Origin: the human T2T-CHM13v2.0 reference genome, Homo sapiens
Length of the DNA stretch: 64,000 bases
Assembly: GCF_009914755.1 (NCBI RefSeq)
Contig: NC_060926.1
Direction: 5' to 3' (one strand)
In this document: positions 47,000-58,219 of the stretch, piece after piece
Numbering within the stretch: the stretch's first letter is position 1
Layout: every line of letters begins with the position of its first letter
The notes under the pieces: model-generated
Databases searched by the model: none
What the model saw: only the letters and a program-made list of their open reading frames with translations
Told to the model about the DNA's origin: nothing
Program-made: the position numbers and the translations under genes

Positions 47000-47525
47000 T
47001 CCATTGCTTCATCACAGACTGCCCTAAAACTTAGTGGCTTGAAGCAACAACCATTTTATAAATACTTCTTAATTCTGTGAGTCTGTGATTCAGGTAGGGC
47101 TTGGCTGGGTGGTTCTTCTGCTCCATTTAGTGTCAGCTGGGGATACTCGGTTATTCAGCTGGTGGGTAGGCAGGTTTGTAGATTCCAAGATAGCTTTACT
47201 TCCACAGTCTTGGCCTGGACAGCTAGAAGGATGGGCTCAGTTGGACCTCTCCCTTTCCATGTGGCCTCATATTCACTCCACCATGGAAGCTAGGCTTCTT
47301 ACATAGTGGCTTAAGGTTCAATAATGAGTTCCCAAGAGTCCTAGGAATAAGACATAAGATTTCTTATATTTCAGTCCTGAAATTCCCAGGTCATCATGTC
47401 TGCTAATTTCTATTGGTCAAGAAAGTCACTAAGTCCAGTTCAGATTCAAGGGAAAGGGAAGTAGACCCCACTTCTTAATGAGAGGAGTATCAAAAAAATC
47501 TGTAGCCATCTTGAATCTGCCTCAA
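47000..47525 (-). mobile_element. MLT1 (G/H-like) MaLR LTR
   Basis: aaaacttagtggcttgaagcaacaaccatttt...ggcttggctgggtggttcttctgctcc...tattggtcaagaaagtcac...cagattcaaggg. Confidence 0.75.
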
Positions 47526-47715
47526 ACACTTTCTTTTGACCTTAGAAAAATAATTCAGTATTCTATATCAAGTCATTTTTCACGTATCTTACCCAAAAAT
47601 GAAAAAGAAAATAGAAAAAAATACTCTTTAGAAAAGAAACCCAAATTAAAAAAAAAAAAGGCATATTCCTTATTCAAAAGATGCCATATTCTCTGCCAGG
47701 CTTGGTTTCTCTTAG

Positions 47716-48075
<360 letters not shown>

Positions 48076-49578
48076 CATGGCTTTTAATTCTATCATGAAC
48101 TCAGTACTTAATAATATTCATTAACACTTGAGAGATCCATTAAATGGAATATATGACTGGGAGTAATAACCTAGCTTTCAAATGGATAACTCTTGGCTGG
48201 AAATTTTACTGTCAAGCTTGAATAAATCACAGAGAAAATTGATGTTTAGGTAAAACAACACAGCCCATAAGTATTAAATTCTGGGACTCACACATTGAAT
48301 GCTTCTTCCCATTCCTTGCATCATGGTCTGCCATCTCATACTATAACCATACTCCTTCACATATCTCCGATGTCTCCAGAATTCTATGTACACTATAGTT
48401 GTGGCTTTGAAGGACACCATATCATCCTTGCAGGTGTGAACAGAGGCCATTTCCTTCAGTCTTTTCATTTTCATTGCAATGAAAAGGCACATTCATAGTA
48501 TTCTTCAAGCTCATAAACCTTAGCCATGTCTGCTATGATACTCAATGCATGCCTTCTCCCAAATATTTTCCTGAGAAGACCTTGCTGGCATTGAGCCTCT
48601 TACCATCTGGATATGTACAGTTGGAATAGGGAGAGGGCAGGGTGCAGAGACTGACCCAGTTATTTACCATTGGGTGGGTTGGGCAGTGGAGGGAGAAATG
48701 GTTAGAGGAGTCTATCATCTCAACCATTTCCTTTCTAGTTCATGTCACCATGTCTTTGTATGGTGACTAAAGGATGGGACACATTGAAGATGGTAGCTTT
48801 ATGAGTATCTTGGCACAGTAGACCAAAGAGTGAAACAAATACATTTTCCAATTTATGGAATCTACCCCTCCCAGAACCCTGCTGCTTTGTTCAAGGGGCT
48901 TCTCAATTTGCAGTCATCATGGCCCCCTTTCCAATCTACACTTCTCTCCCCATTTTCCCTCCAACCGCCCCAAAGTCCTGCTCTAGGAATTTCCATTCTA
49001 GATTATGCAGCTCATCTTAACTTTTTCCTCGATATCTTTGGATTGTAGACAGCATTATAGCACCAGAGACCTTGAGTCCAAAATGGTGCCTTGCTAATCA
49101 GCTGACTTGATGCAGTTTTTCATTTCCATGAGAATTACTCATCTGGGTAGACAGCATGTACCCTTTGGATAAAGTACACTATTGGGTATGCTCCATTTTA
49201 AGAATGTAACACAAGGATGACACATTTTCTAAAAATAATAACAACAAAAAAAAAATCCTTTCAACTTCAAAGAAGCCTTTTGGCATAAAAATGATGATTG
49301 GTAAAAACCCTTTGGTAACATACATGATTTTTTGGTAGCTTCTGTACTCTAGGGCCAGTGTTTGGCATCAGGGATAGAAAAATGACCAAGGCATGGTCCC
49401 TACTCTGAAGGAACTAAGGATTTAATAGTAGGCATCTATGTAGGCAAATAAATCACAGTGTCCCTCAATGTGAGATAAGAGAAAGGGATATGCAGACTGT
49501 TGACTAGGAAGGGAGAGCTGGGGCAGATGGAAAGAGTGTCTACTTAATGCCCACCTTCCTCTTTGAATTTATCGTAAG

Positions 49579-50074
49579 TGTAACCAAACCTAGATTCTGC
49601 TACTTGCTTCCCAAAAGCCAAAACTTGAGAGGCAAGAGTTGGTGGGAGGAAAAGCAGGTTTATTCGGAGATCCAGTAAACAAAGAAGATGGTGGACTAGC
49701 ATTCTAAAGTACCATATTAAGACAGTACAAATTTCAGGCTCTTTTTATGTTAAAGACAGAGGGAAGAAGAGAGGTTTGGGATCAAGAGGTGACCAACGAC
49801 CGCAGACATCTGGACGCCAATGAGGGTCTGAGGAGGTTGGGAACAACTCTGTCCTTGGTCAGGTCACAACACTCCTATAAATCTTTAACAAAACATAGTT
49901 AATTGTTTACATACTTTCCCTTTAATCCCAGAGTTCGTTGCAAAAACTACATGATTGTTGTTTTTGCATATTTTCTCAGTGCTCCAAAATTATCCTAGCT
50001 TACGTGCAGGCTAAAGGCTCCTTAAACAAAAATGGAGTTTGCTATGTTAGTTCTTTTGCTGTTTCACTGTTACA
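49579..50074 (-). mobile_element. ERV1 solo LTR (MER66-like, subfamily tentative)
   Basis: Terminal inverted repeat TGTAAC...GTTACA; perfect 4-bp TSD TAAG (49575-49578 and 50075-50078); antisense polyA signal tttatt. Confidence 0.82.
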
Positions 50075-51779
50075 TAAGTGGCTGATGGCTGGAGTATAAT
50101 CTATAGCTATAAATCCTTTTGATTAACATTTGAAAAGGTTTCAACTTTGGAGTATATTTTCAAAATACACATAACTCTCAAATTATTTTCCCTGCATTGG
50201 AATTATTTTAGAAATACAGATGAGAACTGTTTATAAGCACTAAAGACATTGCTAGCTGACTGTAGTCAGCACATAAAGTCTCAGAGAAATAGATGTATTT
50301 TGGTTATTTACAGAGTATAAATTAGGAAATTCTAAAAGCCCTCCAAAATCAAAGAGGTGACTGTCTCCCATACTCTTACCTCCTTTTCAACCAATGTGGC
50401 ATTTACCCAACTGTTTCTGTAACCAACAGCAACCAGGGGTGGGTTGGCTACTTGGGGAAAGTAAACTTCTGGGGCAATGGATTGGAGGCTCTATTTCCTA
50501 GTAGGGCCTAAGGCTGAAAAAATTCACTGTGGCTTATTGGATTAAGTGGGGGCACAAATCCCCCTAAGTAGGCTTTCTGTGCTTTGCATCCTTCTGTAAG
50601 CAGGATGAACAAGTAGCATGTGTTTATGCCTGAACTTCCCAACCTAACTGACAACGTGTTACTGGTGTAACACGTTTTTTTCCCCGCCAGAAAACACATT
50701 GGCTGAAGATCACACTTTACAAACTGCTACAGTTCCTTGTTTGGGAAGCAGGAGATTTGGTCTCCATGGAGAATTTCTCTGCCAAGGCTGAAGAAGGGTT
50801 CAATGGAGTGGTCTGGGTTATGAAATCAGAAGTCGGGAAATCCCAAATTTTAATTTGGTCAGAGAGACTGACATTCTTTTTAGGAAAAGTCCCTGCTTTA
50901 GTGTCTCCAGACATAAAATTAGGACACTGGCTTTTGCTTTGTGGAGATGCACTGACTTTAGGGTTTGAAAAGATTTTTGAACATGAAATGTGATATAAGT
51001 ATCTGTGAACCCATTTTTCTCCTTTTTCACCAGGGAAAGTTCAGAAATATGTTGTATAATGCAGAAACGTTTGGCCCTTCACTTTTGGGCATGTGATCTG
51101 GGACAACAAAGCCATTGCAATAGGGACATTCTTGGCTATTAGGTGGTTCAGATTTCTACGTTCTTTTCCTCCTTTCTTTGTTATTTGTTCTATAGAGTAG
51201 TGTGTTCACAGGGCAGAATTTATTGCATTGCTTCAAATGTTTTGTTAATGTGCCATAAGAAGGGACCTGTTAAATATAGTGACTACTTTTCACCTTCCAA
51301 TGACTTGCTTTCCAGATTCAAAAATGTTGAAGAAATTTTAAAGTTCAAGATTTGATTTCCCTATCAAGTGACATGTCCTCATAACTATCCTGTCAGCTTA
51401 TTTTAAGTAGTATAAGCTGCTTTAATATTAGCAGCAAGATGTATTCAAGAAGATGAAGCTCCAAACAAAATAATGATAAGTTGGCTGTGATTTTGGATAA
51501 TTCATAGTGCTAACTTTCTCTTTGGCTGAGCAGGTTGTGATAAGGACGTGTTCAGTAATGTCCCTGTGCTTTTGTCTCTTTATTCTCCCCAGGCCTCCTA
51601 GCTAGCTTGTCATCTGAACTGTTTGTCTCTTCTGAAGTTCCGGCGGACGCAGAGTTTAGGACCCACTCTTACTTCTCCAAATCCTGGCAAAAGACAGAAA
51701 TGGTTCAGACCCAGAGTGAAGCACAAACTTGTTTCTATGCAGACCTTGGCATCAGGAAACTATCATATGACAGAGATTA

Positions 51780-52021
51780 TAGATGGCTCTTTAACAACAT
51801 GGGTTTGAACCACAGGGGTCCACTTACACATGGATTTTTTTTAAAAAAAAACTCTCAGATTGAAAATACAGTATTTGCGGGATGTGAACCTGGTGAATGT
51901 GGAGTACCGACTTTGTCTATATGTGGATTTTCAGGGCTGACTTCAGGATTTGAGTATGCATGGATTTTGGTTATGTGCAGGGGTCCTGGAACCAATCCCT
52001 TGTGTATACTGAGGGACGACT
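51780..52021. mobile_element. MER8 (TcMar-Tigger MITE)
   Basis: aacaacatgggtttgaac...gtccacttacacatggatttttt...gaaaatacagtatttgcgggatg...ggtcctggaaccaatccc...gagggacgact. Confidence 0.8.
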
Positions 52022-52333
52022 ATATTTGCCAAGCTATAACGATAAGGAATGGTTTATGCTGACCATTTAAATGACGCAAATATGGGGCACAAGTGACCTC
52101 ATTTGCATATTGCCTCTCCCTATGTTTAATCTCCATTATTTGAAGTCCTCTCTTGTTTTATTTTCTAGTATACTTTCTTCACCTACATTTTCACAGCTAC
52201 TATTTTATTTCAGCGTGCATTTAATAGTAGATATTGTACTATATGCTTCACTTATATAATCTCACTTAATCCTTATAACAACCTGATGAGGTAAGAATTC
52301 TGGCTATTTTACAGATTAGAAAATTGAGTCCTA

Positions 52334-52870
<537 letters not shown>

Positions 52871-53559
52871 TCAAGAGTGCATTGCGTGTGGCATGAGATG
52901 TACATAGCTTCATGTTTGTTTCTAATGAAGGTGGGGATGGAAAACCAAATTTGTCAGGTGGGGATTTCACCCCAGCCTTATGACTCAGTTTTAGATTTAA
53001 CTTGATTCATTTAAGGTTGGAGTTTATTTCTGGCTGGCAAAATATGGCTTCCTGGCTTAGAAAAATTCCCTCAAAACAAACTTGAAAAAAGTTTGCCCAC
53101 CTAAAATGGCAACGTGAAACACTCTACGTTTTAATGAGCTCATTGTAAGTGAATTAGAAACATTCAAATGCAATTTACTTCAAAATAGATCTAGGTGTTA
53201 AAATAAGGAACAGCTGGCAGTATGGAGTCTCCTGATCCCAACCAAAGGCAGGTTTGCCCCTATTAAATGGTCTGTGACTTAGAGCGAATAAAATGTCACT
53301 TTTTTTTTTAAACACAAAAGCATTAAGTTTCAGTGTCGAAGAGAAAACTCTGGACACTAATATAAAAAGACAAATAAAAAAACAGTATGGGAAAACTCTG
53401 TTTCTTTCTCTGGAACAAAAAATCTGCCATTGAATAGTAGAATCCCTAGTCAGAACAGTTTATTAAGTTTAGTTCACGAAACTATATTGTGGTCAATGCA
53501 TAGCTCATAAAAGCCGTATCTTGAAAGACTGTACACAGGTGGGAGCTCTGGTTTTGATG

Positions 53560-53770
53560 CAACATTCTAAGTGCTTTAGATAACATCAACTCTACTAATT
53601 CTTAAGAGAAAGCAACTACTGAGGGGTAGATGACATGTTGTTATTTCCGGTTTACAGCTGGGAAAACGGAGACATGGAGAGATTAAATGGCCTTGTGGCT
53701 AGCGTGGAGCAGAGGCAGGATCCGTAATAAGGAACTTGGGTTCCAGAGACCATGTGCTACCCACTCTCAT
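53560..53770 (-). mobile_element. MIR SINE
   Basis: ctaagtgcttt...gggtaga...tttacagctgggaaaacggagacatggagagattaaat. Confidence 0.55.
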
Positions 53771-53827
53771 GGATGGCCTCACATTAAAGGGCTCCAGGAA
53801 ATATGTAAAACTGTTGGGATAATGTAA

Positions 53828-54151
<324 letters not shown>

Positions 54152-54944
54152 TAATAACTAGTTTTTATGTTGCATGAAAAAAGCAAATATATTCTCTGCT
54201 GTTAGTGATGATGAAGTCAATATAACAGTGAACATGATAACAAAATGATTAAAGTAGGTCTCAGGGAATGGAAAATATATTAGGTATGACATGGATTCTT
54301 CAGACTTCTCCATAAATGACCAATATTCTAAAATTATCTTGAAAGCTCTTCTACAGAGGGTGGGATATAGTACAAATAAATAATTTTATTTTGAAAAGTG
54401 TACTGGTAAAACATAAGAATTCAAAAGCTCTCACCTGAGCAAATGCCTCTATGCATAGCTTTCACTGCCTTTTAATTAAAAATGTTCAGTTTATAGAAGT
54501 TTCTTCTGTGATGTGTTATTTCGTTTTCTAATCGGCCCTTTTTTTTTTTTTTTAGACACGGTTCTGCCAGTTAACTGGATTTGTAGGGCCCTTCTTGCAC
54601 TGTGCATGTCTTGTTTTCATAGGCATGTGTGCTAGCACACACACACACATGCCCCATGCCCTATATACTCAGCACACCTTTATCACCAAGCTATCTCTCT
54701 CCCTTTGGTTCCAGACAAGTATCTTCCTGTCCCAGATTTTGTTTTCCCCATTAAAACTGTGTACTCCCTCCCCAGGTCTTTAATTTTTAGGGCTCTGAAT
54801 TCTTTTATTCCTTTGGCCCCAGAGATTGATGTGTCCTCAGTGGATCCAGAATGACCTCTAAACCTCCTTTTTGTAAGACACTTTTGTAAAACACCCAACT
54901 CTGTTTTACAATGGAAATAACAACTGAGTCACAAAACTTGATTC

Positions 54945-55260
54945 TTTTTTTTTTTTGAGTCAGAGTCTTGCTCTGTCACCTAGTCTGGAGTGCAGTGGTG
55001 CAATCTTGGCTTACTGCAACCTCTGTCTCCCCATTTCAAGTGAGTCTTGAGCCTTGGCCTCCCGAGTAGCTGGGATTAGAGGTGCCCATCATTAGACCCA
55101 GCTAATTTTTGTATTTTTAGTAGAGACGGGGTGGTGGGGTTGGGTGGGGGGGAGTCTCACCATTTTGGCCAGGCTGGTCTCGAACCCTTGACCTCAGGTG
55201 ATCCTCCCACCTCGCCTCCCAAAGTGCCAGGATTATAGGCGTGAGCCACTGTGCCTAGCC
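54945..55260 (-). mobile_element. AluS with an internal G-rich expansion
   Basis: TSD aaaacttgat (54933-54942 and 55261-55270); extra G-rich segment at 55128-55152. Confidence 0.9.
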
Positions 55261-55308
55261 AAAACTTGATGGTTATAGTCAGAAGGAGCTGACAATCTTC
55301 AAATAAAT

Positions 55309-55391
55309 TATGTCAAGAGTGAGGGTTTGACTCAACTTCAAGTATCTTCGGCATCTATGTTGAGAGTGAGAGTTTGACTCAACTTCAAGTA
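55309..55391. repeat. Direct repeat, 2 x 36 bp (period 47), each copy containing the AP-1 motif TGACTCA
   Basis: tatgtcaagagtgagggtttgactcaacttcaagta versus tatgttgagagtgagagtttgactcaacttcaagta (3 mismatches). Confidence 0.9.
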
Positions 55392-56499
55392 GGTAGGAGA
55401 CAGGTGGCAGGTAGGAGCACTGAGCTAATAAGTTTTCCATTTGCGATGGGCACTTGACATATTCCAGAACAAGACTCCCAGCCTTGTTTTTCTTTATCTG
55501 AACCTCTTCCCACACAAGCATAATTTGCTTCAGTAGTGCTATACATGTAGTTGTGATATTTAAATTTAATATTATTTAGAATTTCAATTTGAGCACAATC
55601 TGTGTTTGGGATAAAGTAAATAACTCTGGCCATTCATACATCATCCACTAAACACATCTTGGGAAGACAGGAATCAATGGTCCACAGAATTACTCTTAGA
55701 AGCAAGGGGTGATATTCAGAATAGTTAACAGCTGGTGTGACATGGGGATATCCAAGCAGAGGGAGCCCTTGCTGCATCAGGGCTTAAGGGCTTAAACTTT
55801 CATTTGCCAGGTTGTGAGGAAGTTGCTTAGTCCTAGGAAAATGGGCAGGGCAGGGATGGTTGCCTGTGAGGAACTAAGGGCAGCAGCTTTTATCAACCAA
55901 TTCAGAATATTTCAGCAACCATTACAGCCAAATCACCAGCTCCTGGCTGAGTACACTCTGCAGTGAGGTTCATTATACTATGCCTATAATAGTCTGGACC
56001 CCATCTCTCTGGAATAGTACATATTTTACACGAAGGGAAAAGGCTAACTTGCAACTTATTTGCATGAAAAATCACGTTGCAAGTACTTCTTAGTTTACTA
56101 GATTGTCTCCAATAGTTTCTCAACCTTATCAAGATATATTTGTTAAAACTGTGTGCTCTCCAAAATCATCTACTGAATTTAAACCACTGCACCCCACTTT
56201 GGACTATAATTGACTGGAGTTACTGATTGGAAAGGAAGTGGTACACACCCCTAATATACTGACGGACTTACTCTGACAGCTGCTACCACCTGTGGGGACC
56301 CTTGATGATGTTCACGCAGCTTTTCTGAGTGGCACATGCTGTTCTCTTGAATACTCCTTGAGGTGAAGAAGAGGCCACCCCTACCCCTATGCACACACAG
56401 CTCCTGCTCTTTCCTGGGGCTGCACCCTGCTTGTATTTCCAATGCAGGGATGTCAGATTCCAAAGAGGGCTCCCCAAGGCATTCCAGAAGGCTTCAGGC

Positions 56500-56961
56500 C
56501 AGCACGTCCCAACCTTTTCATGCCATGGGACCCCTTTGGCAGGCTGCTGAAAACCATGGGGTTCTTCTCAGAATAAGGGTTTTAAATACATAAAAGAAAC
56601 CACAAGAGGTTACAAAAAAAGCCAATAATATTGAAATGTAGCTAACAAAATGTTTTTAAAAATTTGTGCTAGAGCAATATATATGCTTCATTATTGACAT
56701 ATAATATCTGGCTGATTGTCTAATAACTACTGTTATTTGAGATACTTGCAACAACTGTGATGTGATGTAAAAACCTATGGTTTCTAGTGATTACTAAGTC
56801 ATAAATACTTATCCTACTGCTACTGTAGTTTGTTGTCTACGTTCATAATGGCAAAACGTGCTAAATGTCAGAGGTTGGTGAAAATTAAGACGTAAATTTT
56901 TTCTCATCCAAGTTCACAGTACTCTTGAATTAATTACCTCTCCTCGGGTTAAGAACCCCTG
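56500..56961 (-). mobile_element. Charlie4a-like hAT DNA transposon
   Basis: catgggacccctttggcagg...ttctcagaataa...gtctaataactac...catccaagttcac...ggttaagaacccctg terminus. Confidence 0.75.
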
Positions 56962-57194
56962 CAGGATAAGGTTGCCCCTAGGGCCAACACCTCACTGGAG
57001 CCCCGCCTCATGTCCTGGAGGCAGGAGCCTTCATGCCACCTACACAGAACTCGGAGCTGTCTCTTGGCCCAGCAGTTCTCCCCACAACTAGTTCTGAAAG
57101 TCCGGGGCTAGGAAAGAACGGCATCGTCGCCTGAGCTCCTGGCGCCACTTTAAACAACCCATCCTTGACTTGCGTGACTTCTTCCACAAGCTCT

Positions 57195-57470
57195 CCTGGT
57201 CACCTGGGCAAAATCCTAGGTGATCTGGGGACAAGGCGGAACTTCGGTTTTCTGATCTGCAAAAAGAAACACCTACCTCATAGGACTGTTAGGATGAATT
57301 GAGGTAATGGCTGGGTTGTGTACATTATACAGCACTATCAAGGTGTGCGCTGTGATCATTTTTGAGGGTTGTTAGGTGTTTGAGGACCCAGAACAGTCTA
57401 CACAGCTGTAGTCCCCAAGTGTTGGGCACGCCTTAAGCGCTCCATAAACACCTGTAGAAATGAATGAATG
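57195..57470 (+). mobile_element. MIR remnant followed by an L2 3' tail, just upstream of the ITGA6 promoter
   Basis: cggttttctgatctgcaaaa...cctacctcataggactgttaggatgaattgag (MIR); gcgctccataaacacctgtagaaatgaatgaatga (L2 end). Confidence 0.55.
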
Positions 57471-57760
57471 ACGTATGCATCTGCACGTGGGCCCACATCT
57501 GCAAGAACAGGCTGCTCAGGCCATGAGGCCCGGTGCATCACCTGCACTTCTCTTTATAACGGGTAGTAAAGTCTCCCTCGCTCTGTGCTACTCGGCAACC
57601 ACAATTCTGTCCACAGAGGGCGGCGCAGTGGGGCTGCTTCGCCGCGAGCTCGCCTCCGGGGCTCCCACGTCGTGGCTTCCGGGCAGGTACCGGGCAGCTG
57701 GAGACGCCAGAGCCGGCGGGTAAGGTGCGGGCGGTGCGCCGGGCCGCGGGCGCGCAAGGA

Positions 57761-57835
57761 GGGGCGAGAGGGTGGGGAGGGGCGGGGCCGGCGTCCTCGT
57801 CACTTGATAAAACGCCTGCGAGTCTCCAGAGAACA
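57761..57835 (+). promoter_or_regulatory. ITGA6: ITGA6 core promoter: GC boxes, CRE half-site and TATA-like GATAAAA
   Basis: GGGGCGGGG at 57779-57787, CGTCA at 57798-57802, GATAAAA at 57806-57812, about 25-30 bp before the inferred TSS near 57835. Confidence 0.75.
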
Positions 57836-58037
57836 ACGGGCTCATTCAGCGGTCGCGAGCTGCCCGCGAGGGGGAGCGGCCGGACGGAGAGCGCGACCCG
57901 TCCCGGGGGTGGGGCCGGGCGCAGCGGCGAGAGGAGGCGAAGGTGGCTGCGGTAGCAGCAGCGCGGCAGCCTCGGACCCAGCCCGGAGCGCAGGGCGGCC
58001 GCTGCAGGTCCCCGCTCCCCTCCCCGTGCGTCCGCCC
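57835..58037 (+). other. ITGA6: ITGA6 exon 1 5' UTR (start approximate)
   Basis: GC-rich, ATG-free stretch between the TATA-like box and the start codon; start inferred from spacing and recollection of the mRNA 5' end. Confidence 0.7.
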
Positions 58038-58219
58038 ATGGCCGCCGCCGGGCAGCTGTGCTTGCTCTACCTGTCGGCGGGGCTCCTGTCCCGGCTCGGC
58101 GCAGCCTTCAACTTGGACACTCGGGAGGACAACGTGATCCGGAAATATGGAGACCCCGGGAGCCTCTTCGGCTTCTCGCTGGCCATGCACTGGCAACTGC
58201 AGCCCGAGGACAAGCGGCT
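58038..58219 (+). CDS. ITGA6: Integrin alpha-6 (CD49f), coding exon 1: signal peptide and start of the first FG-GAP repeat
   Basis: Translates MAAAGQLCLLYLSAGLLSRLGAA|FNLDTREDNVIRKYGDPGSLFGFSLAMHWQLQPEDKR(L); FNLD mature N-terminus and GSLFGFS motif of integrin alpha chains; 182 nt followed by consensus donor GTGAGT at 58220. Confidence 0.98.

Noticed and set aside
48270-48770. Sequence with a coding-like texture, possible processed pseudogene or ancient repeat
   Set aside because: No frame gave a recognisable protein and no poly-A tail or TSD was seen; a tblastx or Dfam search would be needed.
51607-52062. 151-aa ORF following a strong-looking splice acceptor at 51592
   Set aside because: The ORF runs through a MER8 fossil and has no homology I recognise; isolated acceptors are common by chance.
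55309-55391. 36-bp direct repeats as a CRISPR-like unit
   Set aside because: Only two copies with an 11-bp gap in a eukaryotic context; a simple local duplication.
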